Part shown: positions 26,251 to 35,937 of the stretch, one piece after another
How positions within the stretch are numbered: position 1 is the first letter of the stretch
How the letters are laid out: every line of letters starts with the position of its first letter
Assembly: GCA_050633305.1 (NCBI GenBank)
Contig: JBOEGF010000009.1
Location: forward strand, 30,314 to 94,313
From: Nannocystales bacterium
GTDB taxonomy: Bacteria; Myxococcota_A; Polyangia; Nannocystales; Nannocystaceae
DNA length: 64,000 nucleotides
Direction of reading: 5' to 3'
Notes under the pieces: model-generated
What the model was told of the DNA's origin: nothing
The model's input: the letters and a program-made list of their open reading frames with translations, nothing else
Database searches by the model: none
Program-made: the position numbers and the translations under genes

Positions 26251-27618
26251 TCAGCCGTCGGAGGAGCTGACGTAGTCACTGTTGGACCACCGTCGGCCCT
26301 CGTAGAGACGACCCAGCAGCCAGAAGAAGATGGGGAAGCCGAAGATGATGAAGAAGGGCAGGACGATGTACCGACCCAGCACGACATTCTGGCGCAGGGT
26401 GTAGCCCAGCTTCAAGCCCGCTGGTGCGACGGAGCCTGCTGCTTGTTGGCCCGCGCTTGGGGTGATCTGCAGGGTGTACTTGCCACCGGGGATCTTGCCG
26501 ACGGTGACGGAGGGAGACTGGTCTCCTTCGCGCCATGACTCGCCGCCCGAGACCCCGTGCCACTCCTCGGCGGTGGCACCAAAGCCCACCGCGTTCTCGG
26601 ACTCCTGCGAGATGAGCATCACCTCGGCGTAGGCCCAGGCGTTGGACAGCCCGCTGGCCTTGAAGTCGAACTCGACGGTGGTCAGCTCGCCCTGGGTCCC
26701 GATCTCGACCTCTTCGCTGATCGTGTCCGTGACGCTGAGGTTGGACTCGGAGACGACAACTTCGTTGCTCCGGCCATCGACGTACATGATGGACGCGATG
26801 AGCCACGCGACCAACATGGCGGCGAGCAGGATCCAGGTCAGCGCCCGGTTCTGCTGGTACGGGTTGGGTTGGATCATGGCCACGCCCGAGGTGCGCGGCG
26901 GGGTTCCGGGAAGTTTGAACGCCTTCCAGACCTCGGCACCGTCGATGTGGCGCATCTTGGTGAAGTTGACGTCCTGGCCGGCTTCGGTGGCGGCCTCCTC
27001 GATCGACATCGAGAACGGCGGCTTGACGAAGTCGTGCGTGACGGCTTGGTCGCCGACCCGGGCCTGCCAGGGGAACTCGCCCTCGACGTAGCTGACGATC
27101 GCGACCGAGGTCTGGAAGTGCTTGAACTTCTCTTTGGCGAAGGTGACCTTGCGGTGCCCAAAGCCGGTCTCGAGCTGGGGGGCGCCGTCGAGGGTCTGAC
27201 CGATGGCCCACGAGCCGTCGGTCATGGTGAACATGAGGTAGCGGTACCCGATGTACGGGTTGTAGAGCAGGAACTCTTGCCAGGGGTAGACGACGCCGTC
27301 GACCCGGCACTCCCGCCACATGATGCCGATGATCTCGAATTCTTCGGGCTTGGACTTGCCCTCGGAGGGGGGGAAGCTGCCGCGGGCGTGCAGGGGCAGG
27401 GCGGACTCCCGACGTGCCCGCTGAGCCGCTTGCACGATCTGCAGGTCGCCGCTGTCCTGCGGGGCCAGCTCGCTGCCGCAGTACGGGCAGTTGACCTGCT
27501 CGACGGCACCGAATCCGTGCAGCTCGATCGGGCCACCACACGACGGGCAGTTGATGGCGCCCGTCTGGGCCTCTTCGCGGAAGAGCTTGCGGGGAGCGCT
27601 GGGTGCTTGGGCAGCCAT
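26251..27618 (-). CDS. DUF4178 protein with Zn-ribbon and two TM helices
   Basis: CPSCG..CPYCG, WQEFLLYNP and YVEGEFPW motifs. Confidence 0.85.
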   Translation of the reverse strand: MAAQAPSAPRKLFREEAQTGAINCPSCGGPIELHGFGAVEQVNCPYCGSELAPQDSGDLQIVQAAQRARRESALPLHARGSFPPSEGKSKPEEFEIIGIMWRECRVDGVVYPWQEFLLYNPYIGYRYLMFTMTDGSWAIGQTLDGAPQLETGFGHRKVTFAKEKFKHFQTSVAIVSYVEGEFPWQARVGDQAVTHDFVKPPFSMSIEEAATEAGQDVNFTKMRHIDGAEVWKAFKLPGTPPRTSGVAMIQPNPYQQNRALTWILLAAMLVAWLIASIMYVDGRSNEVVVSESNLSVTDTISEEVEIGTQGELTTVEFDFKASGLSNAWAYAEVMLISQESENAVGFGATAEEWHGVSGGESWREGDQSPSVTVGKIPGGKYTLQITPSAGQQAAGSVAPAGLKLGYTLRQNVVLGRYIVLPFFIIFGFPIFFWLLGRLYEGRRWSNSDYVSSSDG

Positions 27619-27627
27619 GGAAGTCGG

Positions 27628-28323
27628 TCAGCCTTGGGGGGAGGGCGCGCCGGCGGGTGCAGGTCGACGCCAACCCTTGAAGGGACGCAGCGGGTGCAGG
27701 CCGACATCGGCAAGCGTGATGGCCTCGCCGATGTAGGGGAGGGGACTGTTGTGGTTGGGGTCGGTGCCGTAGTCGAGCGAGAAAAACTCACCCTTGTGAC
27801 CGCGCAAGTCGACGCCGTGAAAGAGCATGCCGGGCTCGGCTTCGAAGGGGAGAATGCCCTCGGCGCCCTTGTAGCTGGCAGCGCGGCGGTCGACGACGAC
27901 GGCGGGAATGCCGTCGATGACGATGGTGCTGTTGACCGAGACGTTGGCGTAGGGCGGAACGCGTCCGGCCACCACTTGCCGGTTCTTGGGAAGCACGATC
28001 GCGAACTGGCCCATCGCGTCGGCGAGCCAGCCGGAGTTGCCGTCGGCCAAGTTGATGAACCACTCGTTCCACGAGCCTCGGCCGTGCTCGACCTGCAGCC
28101 GACCTGCGACCTCGAACGGAGTCCCTTTGAATCGGCCGCGACTGCCGAGGACAATCGGCGAGCCATTGTCGACCAGGGCTGAGACCTGGCCGATCAGTTT
28201 GATGTCGACGCCTTGCCGGACGATCGTGGAGTTGCAGTACTCGCACACGAGCGAGACGGCTGTGCCCCGGAAGGGGGCGGGGGCACCACAGTTGGGGCAA
28301 TGAGGTTGCGGCTGCTCTTGCAT
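27628..28323 (-). CDS. DUF4178 protein with Zn-ribbon
   Basis: CPNCGA..CEYC, GRLQ...GSWNEW..GWL and EGILPF motifs. Confidence 0.85.
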   Translation of the reverse strand: MQEQPQPHCPNCGAPAPFRGTAVSLVCEYCNSTIVRQGVDIKLIGQVSALVDNGSPIVLGSRGRFKGTPFEVAGRLQVEHGRGSWNEWFINLADGNSGWLADAMGQFAIVLPKNRQVVAGRVPPYANVSVNSTIVIDGIPAVVVDRRAASYKGAEGILPFEAEPGMLFHGVDLRGHKGEFFSLDYGTDPNHNSPLPYIGEAITLADVGLHPLRPFKGWRRPAPAGAPSPQG

Positions 28324-28366
28324 CGCTCTGCGGCGCCGCCATGATGCCACGGCTGCGCCCGCGGGA

Positions 28367-28783
28367 CTACTGCGCTGGATAGTCGGTCATTCCACCGACG
28401 TTGGTGACGTTTGTGTACCCAGCGTCTTCGAGCGTCTTCCGGGCTTTTCCGGCCCGTTTCCCTGAGCCGCAGTAGGTGACGATCGGCTTGGACTTGTCGC
28501 CGCCGGTCAGCGCGTCGAGTTCGGACATCTGGGCCTCGATCTTGTCGTGGGACAGGTTCACGGCACCCTCGAGGTGGCCTTCCTCGAACTCTTCGGGGGT
28601 GCGGACGTCCAGCAAGATCCCCCCTTCGTCCTCGATCATGCGCTTGGCAAGCGCGGGGTCACGGTCGGGGAGTGGCGCAGCGGTTGCCGTGGGAGCCTCC
28701 GAAGGCGTCGGACCGTCGGCAGGGGTTGTGGCGCTGGAGCAGGCGCCCTGGCAGAGGGCAGCCGCGAAGAGGAGGCGTCGCAT
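28367..28783 (-). CDS. Rhodanese-like lipoprotein
   Basis: LLDVRTPEEFEEGHLEGA and YCGSGKRA motifs; lipobox-like QGAC. Confidence 0.88.
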   Translation of the reverse strand: MRRLLFAAALCQGACSSATTPADGPTPSEAPTATAAPLPDRDPALAKRMIEDEGGILLDVRTPEEFEEGHLEGAVNLSHDKIEAQMSELDALTGGDKSKPIVTYCGSGKRAGKARKTLEDAGYTNVTNVGGMTDYPAQ

Positions 28784-28815
28784 CGGCTTGAGAGTCGGGG
28801 CCTGGCCGGTGGCTG

Positions 28816-30537
28816 TCAACGGGGGGTTGGCTCGAGGCCGGCGAGGACGGACTCGAACACTGGGGCCAACTCCGTCCACCGTTCGGGCTTGGCCGTGGCG
28901 GTCACCAGCACGCGGTGTGTCGCGGTGAAGAACACGGCCCGGATTTGGTGCAAGACGACGCTCGACCCGGTCTCGTGGCCTAGCGTCTCGACGACCCATG
29001 CCTTGCGGCCGCCGAGGGCCCGAGGGCCGTGGGCGAGAACCTGGGACTGAAGCACATCCTCGAACAGACGAAGCGTCTCGACCTCGACGGCTTCCAAGGT
29101 GAACCCCAGAAGGTTGGGGGAGACATCGACGAGAATGTTGTCGGCGAAGTTCTCGACCATGGGGCCCCGGAGCACGGGAACCCCATGAACGGCGACGAGG
29201 TTCCACCCCGGCGGGATCGGGATGGATGTTTCGCTGTCTCGCCAGACCGCTCCGCCGTCGATGACCCGGACCGCGTTCGAGGCCTGGGTGACGTAGTCCT
29301 GCTCGGCCTGGCGTGTCGAAGCGGCTCCGTCGGAAACGCCCAGGTGCAATGGTTGGAGCTGCTTCGCCAGTGCTCGGGAGTCCTCGACCGTCGCCGGTGG
29401 TGCCATCACGGCGACGTCGACACCACGGCCGTGGACGACCAACGCGATGCTCGGCGAGATGGATTCGATGCCGTGGATGGCGTCGACGAACTGGGCGGCA
29501 TCTTCAGGGCGGTCCCAGACGGTTCTCCATACGACGGCCGGTCCCTGGGGAAGCTCGAACCGCGCGATGGCGTCGCCGTCCCAGCCGGTCGTGGCGAGGA
29601 TGACCTGATGCCGGTCGGGGATCTTGACGGCCAGCATGTTCTGCATCGTGAACTCTCCGATCGAGCCGACCCAGATGGGGTCGTGTCCGGGGAGTTGCGG
29701 CGAGGCAATGGGGGTGGGAGCGTCTCTGCCCAGCTTGCTGGGGTGGAGCATCTGTTCGCTGGTGACAGGTGGCGAGAGTAGAAGCTCGTCGATCGCACGC
29801 TGCCCGCCGCGCTCGAATGCGACGAGCATCGCGATCGCGCCTCGGCCGTACAGCGCGCTCGATCCGGGCGCCACGATCTTGCCTGACCCTGCGTCGAACA
29901 GCGAAGGGGTGAGCTGGTCGGGTGTGACTCCGCGGGAGCCCATGAATGCAGCGGTGCCGACGAAGGTTGCGTGGCCCTCGACGGTGAGCTGCTGGGCGCT
30001 GAGAGCATCGATCGTCGCGGTGTTGGCCAGGCGTTCGAACAGCTGCCCGCCGAGCAGTTGGTCCTGATAGGCATGGACGACCTCGTGGGTGAGGATGAAG
30101 TCCCGAGGACTCATGTCCATCGCTTCCTTGTCGATCAACGCGATACGTTCGGGGCGGTAGTAGGCGAGGGCGTTCTGGCTGCTTCCGGCTCTGAGCCCGG
30201 TGCGGATGAGCCCGGTATCGGCGTTTCGTGCCACGTCCCCGAGCAGGATCCACATCAGCGCGCGAAGCTGCTCGACCCGGACCTCGGGCCACATTCTGTC
30301 CCCCGTCTCACCGAGTTCGGCCAGGGCGTCCGCTTCGCTGACCTTCACGATCGGCAGAGGTGCATCGGACAGCTGCAGGCCGAACTCTTGGAGCCACCGC
30401 CGTATCTCCTGGACGTCTGGCTCGGGATTCCCATCGACGGGGTTCAGCGGTGCCGGGGGGATGGGGGCGGGTGCCGTGGGTCTGGACGCCGAGCATGCGG
30501 CGACTGCAACCGTGAGGGCGAGGAGCAGCGTACGCAT
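28816..30537 (-). CDS. Lipoprotein, putative zincin metallopeptidase
   Basis: Lipobox AAC, HEVVHAYQDQ, EGHA, P.TSEQMLHP and GWDGD motifs. Confidence 0.7.
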   Translation of the reverse strand: MRTLLLALTVAVAACSASRPTAPAPIPPAPLNPVDGNPEPDVQEIRRWLQEFGLQLSDAPLPIVKVSEADALAELGETGDRMWPEVRVEQLRALMWILLGDVARNADTGLIRTGLRAGSSQNALAYYRPERIALIDKEAMDMSPRDFILTHEVVHAYQDQLLGGQLFERLANTATIDALSAQQLTVEGHATFVGTAAFMGSRGVTPDQLTPSLFDAGSGKIVAPGSSALYGRGAIAMLVAFERGGQRAIDELLLSPPVTSEQMLHPSKLGRDAPTPIASPQLPGHDPIWVGSIGEFTMQNMLAVKIPDRHQVILATTGWDGDAIARFELPQGPAVVWRTVWDRPEDAAQFVDAIHGIESISPSIALVVHGRGVDVAVMAPPATVEDSRALAKQLQPLHLGVSDGAASTRQAEQDYVTQASNAVRVIDGGAVWRDSETSIPIPPGWNLVAVHGVPVLRGPMVENFADNILVDVSPNLLGFTLEAVEVETLRLFEDVLQSQVLAHGPRALGGRKAWVVETLGHETGSSVVLHQIRAVFFTATHRVLVTATAKPERWTELAPVFESVLAGLEPTPR

Positions 30538-30664
30538 CGCGCCGAGTCTCCGGCCACCCCGGCAAGAGTGTCAACCGACGACGCCGGCCACAGACACATT
30601 GGCTCGACGAGCCATCGTTGCGACGCGGCGCGCAGGGGTTGTCTGTCCGGGGGACGGCCGAATC

Positions 30665-31762
30665 TCAACGACGCAAGCACGCCTGCGCCTCATCGGGCGC
30701 AAGCCAGCTGGTCACCGCCGATGACATCACCGCAGTGGCCAGGAGGGCGGCGGCGAGCAGGAGTCCTCGGCGTCGGCGCGAGGGGGGCGGAGGCGGACCC
30801 AGTGCCTCGAGCAACTCGGCCATGCCCCGGAATCGCAGGTGAGGCTCGAGCTCCATGCCACGCTCGAGGGCTGCTCGGACACGCGGAGGAACGTCGCGTC
30901 GGATCTGCACCTCGGTTCGAGTTCCCGCCGCGTAGCTGCGGGCTTGTTCGATCGGGGTCTTGCCGGGGAAGGGGCGAGCGCCGTGCAATGCCTCGTACAG
31001 CGCGACGCAGAACGCGAACTGATCGCTCGCGGGGCTGACCTCGCGACCGAGCAGTTGCTCGGGCGGCATGTAGCCGGTCGTGCCCACGACGGTGTCCGCA
31101 CGGGTCATGCGGCGGGCCAGGATTGAGCTGTCTGTCGACCCGAGCCACGGGTCCTGGCTCGGGGAGGCGCGAGCCAAGCCGAAGTCGAGCACCTTCACGC
31201 GCCGGTCCGGAGTGACCATGACGTTGGTCGGCTTGAAGTCGCGGTGCACCAGTCCGGCGGCATGTGCTGCGGCCAGGCCTTCGCCAGCCGCGGTGAAGAC
31301 CTGAAGGACTTCCTCGACGCTGCGTGGCGTGACCCGCAACCACTTGCGAAGGTCGATTCCGCGGACGTACTCCATCGCGACGAACGTCCCGTGGGTTGTC
31401 GTGCCAATGTCGAAGAGGGTGACGATGTTGGGATGGCAGACTCGAGCCAGCGCGAGTGCCTCGCGTTGAAGCCGTTCTCGGTAGCGGGTGCTCGGGCGGC
31501 CACTGCGAACGAGTTTGACGGCAACGCGTCGTCCGAGCGTCGGGTCGACCGCACCGTAGACCACCCCCATGCCTCCGCGCCCGAGGACGTTTTGCACGAC
31601 GTACCGACCGACGCAGGTCGAAGGCGACAAGGGGTCGAACATTCTCCTGCGGGGCTTCTCCGGCTGCACCTCACGCTCGATCGCCTCGGGCACGCCTGCG
31701 GCCCGTGAGCGGCCACCTCTGCGGGCGACCGGATGAGCCTGAACTGTGGTGCGGGGATCCAT
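30665..31762 (-). CDS. Serine/threonine protein kinase with C-terminal TM helix
   Basis: LGRGGMGVV, VAVK, HRDFKPTN, DFG and GTTGYMPPE motifs. Confidence 0.93.
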   Translation of the reverse strand: MDPRTTVQAHPVARRGGRSRAAGVPEAIEREVQPEKPRRRMFDPLSPSTCVGRYVVQNVLGRGGMGVVYGAVDPTLGRRVAVKLVRSGRPSTRYRERLQREALALARVCHPNIVTLFDIGTTTHGTFVAMEYVRGIDLRKWLRVTPRSVEEVLQVFTAAGEGLAAAHAAGLVHRDFKPTNVMVTPDRRVKVLDFGLARASPSQDPWLGSTDSSILARRMTRADTVVGTTGYMPPEQLLGREVSPASDQFAFCVALYEALHGARPFPGKTPIEQARSYAAGTRTEVQIRRDVPPRVRAALERGMELEPHLRFRGMAELLEALGPPPPPSRRRRGLLLAAALLATAVMSSAVTSWLAPDEAQACLRR

Positions 31763-31926
31763 GATGGGGGTAACCCCCCCACAAGAGCGCCAGTTCGTCG
31801 CATCCTGAGTCAGCCGGGGGGCCTGTCCCCCATTATTGGGTTACTTCGAATGAAAAATCCGCATGCTTGGATACATTGCATGGCGCAAAGTAGACGGCCG
31901 ACCGGAAACCGAGCGCCATTCCCGGC

Positions 31927-32739
31927 CTATTGTGGGGCGGGATCGGCGGCGGATGTCCGGACCAGGGGCACGTCGACGACCGCTTCCGCCGGGGCCGCGT
32001 CGACCGGTGCATGGGCCGGGTCGGGTGCGCGACCCATCGACTCCACGTGCTTCACGATGGTCTCAGCGTCGAGCGGGCGGTTGGCGGTGAAGAAGAAAAA
32101 CCGCTCAAAACCCGGTGCGTCGTCGAGTTCGAACGCGTGGAGCACGGCCGTCCCCCCGGACTGGAGTGCGGTGGAGTCCCCCGCCTGCGGGGGGAAGTGG
32201 AGGGTCACGGCGCCGGCGCCGTCGAGGGAGACCAGCACGCCGTGCGTCCAGCCGCCCGATCGATAGGAGACCTGGACGGTGTCCCCGGGGGAAACTCTCG
32301 ACTCCGAGAGAAGGGGCTCGGCCCGGGTTCCGAGTTTGCGCTCGAGCACGATCGCCGCGTCCCCCTTGATGCGCTCTGTGGCGGGCGGGTCGGCGACGGC
32401 GACTTGGGTGCCGGGGACGGGGGCAGCGGGGTCGGACCCTGGTCCGAGTGTCCAAACCAACAATGCGGCGGCGGCAGCAGCCAGGCCACCGGCGGCGGCC
32501 CACACCGGCCATGCGAAGCCGGCGGTGGGCTCGGGCTCCAGGGCATCGATCCGGGCTTGGATCCGTCGTGCGATGACCTCGGGCGGGTGCGCGGTCAGAA
32601 GCTCCTCATTCGAGGCCTTCAATCGCTCCAAACGAGGGTCTCCGGCCGCCTCGAGACGGGCCCGGACGGAACTCGCCTGGTCCTCGGAGAGTTCGCCGAG
32701 CGCGAGTTGCTCGACGAGAAGGTCGGGTACACGGGTCAT
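31927..32739 (-). CDS. Putative anti-sigma factor: N-terminal anti-sigma-like domain, TM helix, DUF4384-like domain
   Basis: Overlaps the ECF stop; LGEL...R motif, TM, ERIKG, SLDGAGAVTLHFP and FELDDAPGFERF. Confidence 0.75.
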   Translation of the reverse strand: MTRVPDLLVEQLALGELSEDQASSVRARLEAAGDPRLERLKASNEELLTAHPPEVIARRIQARIDALEPEPTAGFAWPVWAAAGGLAAAAAALLVWTLGPGSDPAAPVPGTQVAVADPPATERIKGDAAIVLERKLGTRAEPLLSESRVSPGDTVQVSYRSGGWTHGVLVSLDGAGAVTLHFPPQAGDSTALQSGGTAVLHAFELDDAPGFERFFFFTANRPLDAETIVKHVESMGRAPDPAHAPVDAAPAEAVVDVPLVRTSAADPAPQ

Positions 32740-33221
32740 GGTGCTGTGGCCTCCAACGCACCGAGGCTCGACTTGAGCTTTCGTAGTCGCTTGCGAACGC
32801 CGGACACCGACATCCCGACGGCGTCGGCGGTCTGCTCGAGGGTGAGTCCGTCATGCAGGTGGAGCGCGGCGATCGTGGCGGTCGACTCGGGTTCGTCTCG
32901 GAACAGGCGGCCGAGCACCGAGCGTGCGTGGCTTTGGTCGACGGCCTCGGCGGCATCGGCGATCTGCATCAGCCGATCCGTCGCAGGGTCCTGCGGACGC
33001 CGCCGGTGCGAACGGAGCCGGTTCAGGCAGACCCGAGTCGCGGTTGTGTAGAGCAGAGAGGATGTCCCGCGGTCGTGGAGCTGGTCCGCCCGTCGCACGA
33101 TCTGAACGAACACGTCTTGCATGGCATCCAACGCTTCTTCCTCATCTTTCAGGATCGTCTTGCAACGGCGGAGCACCATTGGGCCGTACTTCCGATAGAG
33201 CGATGTGACGTCCAAGGCCAC
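32736..33221 (-). CDS. ECF RNA polymerase sigma factor
   Basis: LYRKYGPMV, EALDAMQDVF, ATRVCLNRLR and region 4 HTH (TLEQTADAVGMSVSGVRKRL). Confidence 0.92.
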   Translation of the reverse strand: MALDVTSLYRKYGPMVLRRCKTILKDEEEALDAMQDVFVQIVRRADQLHDRGTSSLLYTTATRVCLNRLRSHRRRPQDPATDRLMQIADAAEAVDQSHARSVLGRLFRDEPESTATIAALHLHDGLTLEQTADAVGMSVSGVRKRLRKLKSSLGALEATAP

Positions 33222-33233
33222 GCCCGCTGATTA

Positions 33234-33261
33234 CAACACCGACGAGCCCGGCAAGTGTCCC
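33234..33261 (-). promoter_or_regulatory. Putative ECF promoter of the sigma/anti-sigma operon (GGGACAC-N13-CGGTGTTG)
   Basis: One of three copies of the same bipartite motif. Confidence 0.7.
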
Positions 33262-33273
33262 GAGTTTTTTTGG

Positions 33274-33301
33274 GTGACACCTGGCACACGCCGCGGTGTT
33301 G
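33274..33301 (+). promoter_or_regulatory. Putative ECF promoter of the DUF4384-caspase operon (GTGACAC-N13-CGGTGTTG)
   Basis: One of three copies; 10 nt before ATG 33312. Confidence 0.7.
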
Positions 33302-33311
33302 AAGAGCGTTG

Positions 33312-33866
33312 ATGGCCCATCGCCCCGCGGCATTCCTCTTCGAGGCGATCCTCCTGAGCCTTGCGCTCCTTGCGCTGGGGGAGCCTTGGCGCTGCCTCGC
33401 AGATCCGCAGTTCGTCGCACGCCAGCCAGCACGGGGCCTGGTCCCGCATCTCGAGATCGACCGTCGCGCGGGCGACTCGGTGAACCGGCTCCAGGTCGGG
33501 GCGCAGGTGCGGTCGGGGGACGTGGTCCAGGTGAGCTACATCGCGGCGGGGAATCGCTTCGGAGTTGTCGTCTCGGTGGATGGACGCGGGGCGGTCACGC
33601 TTCACCATCCCAGAGCTGCACATGAGGTGCCCCGGATTAAGGCGCGGGGGGAGACTCCGCTGCCCCACGCCTTCGAGCTCGACGACGCGCCGGGCTTTGA
33701 ACGCTTCTTTTTCGTGACCGGCGCACGGGTTTCACTCGATCCGAGTTCGGTGTTAGAGGCTGCGCACGCGCTGGCCGCAGATGGGATCGTTGCATCTCGG
33801 TACGAGCCGCTACCCTTACCCGCGGAACTAGGCCAGTCCTCGTTTCTGCTGCGAAAGTCCCGATGA
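33312..33866 (+). CDS. Secreted stand-alone DUF4384-like protein
   Basis: Hydrophobic N-terminus; GDVVQVSY, SVDGRGAVTLH and FELDDAPGFERFFF are paralogous to the anti-sigma C-terminus. Confidence 0.8.
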   Translation: MAHRPAAFLFEAILLSLALLALGEPWRCLADPQFVARQPARGLVPHLEIDRRAGDSVNRLQVGAQVRSGDVVQVSYIAAGNRFGVVVSVDGRGAVTLHHPRAAHEVPRIKARGETPLPHAFELDDAPGFERFFFVTGARVSLDPSSVLEAAHALAADGIVASRYEPLPLPAELGQSSFLLRKSR

Positions 33867-35929
33867 ACTCCGCTTCTCCTTACCGCGTCAGAGCCTGGAT
33901 TCTGGTGGTGTTTTGGGCGGTCGCGCTTGCCGCGGCCGGGTCGTGGCCTCGCGCTGCGTGGGCGGCGAAGAAAGAAGAGACTGCGCAGGTCGGCGAGGTT
34001 CGCCGGTTCGCGCTCGTGGTTGGGGCGAACGACGGCGGGGCGGAGCGTGTGGTGCTGCGTTATGCGGTTGATGATGCGAACGCGGTTGCGAAGGTTCTCG
34101 TGGAGATCGGGGGCTTGCAAGATGGCGATCGCAGCCTGCTGCAGGACCCGACCCGCGAGAAGCTGCTCTCCGAGGTTCAGCGGCTCTCCAAGCGGATTCG
34201 GGCGGCCCGCGACAGCGGTGCCAACGTCCAGTTCTTCTTCTACTACTCGGGGCACTCGGACGAGCGCGGGTTGCTGCTGGGCTCGGAGCGGATGGAGTAC
34301 CGCGCGCTTCGAAAGGCGATCGACGCGGTGCCGGCGGATGTTCGCCTCGCGATTCTCGATTCGTGCGCGTCCGGAGCGTTCACGCGACTCAAGGGCGGGA
34401 AGAAACGTGCACCGTTTCTCGTGGGGGCCTCGGCGGATGTCAAAGGCCACGCGTTCCTGACCTCCAGCTCGGCCGACGAGACCGCGCAGGAGTCCGACCG
34501 GGTGGGAGGCTCGTATTTCACCCACTACTTCACCACGGGACTGCGCGGCGCGGCCGATGCCGATGGGGACAAGCAGGTCACCCTCAACGAGGCGTACGAG
34601 TTCGCGTTCGACGAGACGCTCGCGCAAACCGAGGCCAGCCGTGGTGGAGCGCAACACGCCGCCTACGACATCAATCTCACCGGGTCCGGTGACTTGGTGC
34701 TCACCGACCTTCGGCACAACACCGCACGACTCGAGCTCTCGTCGGAGATCGGTGGTCGGGTGTTCGTACGGCGGGCCGGAGGTGAACTCGCCGCAGAGCT
34801 GTACAAGCCTGCGGGGAGCGCAGCGGTCTTGCTCGCTTTGGAGCCGGGCCTGTATCAGGTCACTGTCGACGACGGCACCACCTTGCGCCGAGCCAACAAG
34901 GACGTTCGAGCCCGTGGGCGGGTGGTGCTGGCCGCCTCGGAAATGCGGGAGATCGAGCGCGAGACAACGACGACTCGCGGAGCGACGAAGTACGAAGAAC
35001 TCGCCTTCGACATCGGGGCGTTCCCGCCGCTCTCCCTCAACGGGCAGCTCGCGAAGACGAAGAACATCCGGGATACTGAGATTCGCAACACGGCGTCGAT
35101 CTCGCTGCTGTGGGGGCGCAGCGGGGCGGTCCACGGCGTCGCGATGTCGCTGGGCGGCTCTCACGTCCGCGACCGGGTCGAGGGGGCCCAGCTGTCGTTG
35201 TTGGCCAACATCGCGCCGGGCAAGGTCGACGGCGCACAGCTGAGCTACGGGGCCAACATCGCCGGGTCGATGCGCGGGGCCCAGCTGTCCGTCTACAACC
35301 ACGCCAACTCCATGCTTGGTGGGCAGGTCGGTGTCGTGAACTTCGGCCGTGACCTCCGCGGGGCGCAGGTTGGGCTGTTCAACGTTGGCCGCCAGGTGAA
35401 CGGTCTCCAGGTGGGTCTGTTCGCGTTTGCGGACTCGGCGGATGCCCAGGTCGCGCTGTTTTCGGGCACCCGGGAGTTTGGTGTCCGCCCCAGCATCTCA
35501 ACGAGTGACACGGGGCTGGTCGAAGTCGCACTGCGGTTCCCCGCGAAGCGGACCTACTCGGAAATGATCATGGGCCTGCACCCCATGGGCACCGGGGAAG
35601 CGTGGACGTTTGGCTTGGCGTTTGGTGTGCACAATCCGCTCGCTCATCGACTGTTCCTCGACGTGGACCTGGCGTCCCTCGGTGTGGTCAATGGGGTCGG
35701 GTTCCGCGTGCCGCTGGGCGTGATGTCCAAGCTCCGAGTCATGGTGGGGTGGCAGCCCTACGACCGACTCTCCGTGTTCGGCGGCCCGACGGTCTCGTTC
35801 ATGGCCGACCGGATCGATGGCACCACGCGGGACACCGTGCGCCCCGGATATGGCTGGGCCAACACCGTCCACGAAGGCAGCTTCCGTGCTCGCATGTGGC
35901 CGGGCTTCATCGCGGGACTGCGTTTCTGA
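33863..35929 (+). CDS. Secreted caspase-family (peptidase C14) protein fused to G.Q...N surface repeats and a beta-rich C-terminus
   Basis: Signal peptide, ALVVGAN, LRYAVDDA, YYSGH (His), LDSC (Cys), QESD and GAQ/GLQ repeats; terminal Phe. Confidence 0.88.
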   Translation: MNSASPYRVRAWILVVFWAVALAAAGSWPRAAWAAKKEETAQVGEVRRFALVVGANDGGAERVVLRYAVDDANAVAKVLVEIGGLQDGDRSLLQDPTREKLLSEVQRLSKRIRAARDSGANVQFFFYYSGHSDERGLLLGSERMEYRALRKAIDAVPADVRLAILDSCASGAFTRLKGGKKRAPFLVGASADVKGHAFLTSSSADETAQESDRVGGSYFTHYFTTGLRGAADADGDKQVTLNEAYEFAFDETLAQTEASRGGAQHAAYDINLTGSGDLVLTDLRHNTARLELSSEIGGRVFVRRAGGELAAELYKPAGSAAVLLALEPGLYQVTVDDGTTLRRANKDVRARGRVVLAASEMREIERETTTTRGATKYEELAFDIGAFPPLSLNGQLAKTKNIRDTEIRNTASISLLWGRSGAVHGVAMSLGGSHVRDRVEGAQLSLLANIAPGKVDGAQLSYGANIAGSMRGAQLSVYNHANSMLGGQVGVVNFGRDLRGAQVGLFNVGRQVNGLQVGLFAFADSADAQVALFSGTREFGVRPSISTSDTGLVEVALRFPAKRTYSEMIMGLHPMGTGEAWTFGLAFGVHNPLAHRLFLDVDLASLGVVNGVGFRVPLGVMSKLRVMVGWQPYDRLSVFGGPTVSFMADRIDGTTRDTVRPGYGWANTVHEGSFRARMWPGFIAGLRF

Positions 35930-35937
35930 TCGGCGGG

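Noticed and set aside
5900..27750. KOPS (GGGNAGGG) polarity switch at the dif-like site
   Set aside because: Plus-strand copies occur on both sides (e.g. ~10065 and ~21312, but also ~27394 and ~27637), so no clean inversion is visible
26557..28182. 541-aa plus-strand ORF
   Set aside because: Antisense shadow of the DUF4178 genes
33602..35302. 566-aa minus-strand ORF
   Set aside because: Antisense shadow of the caspase gene
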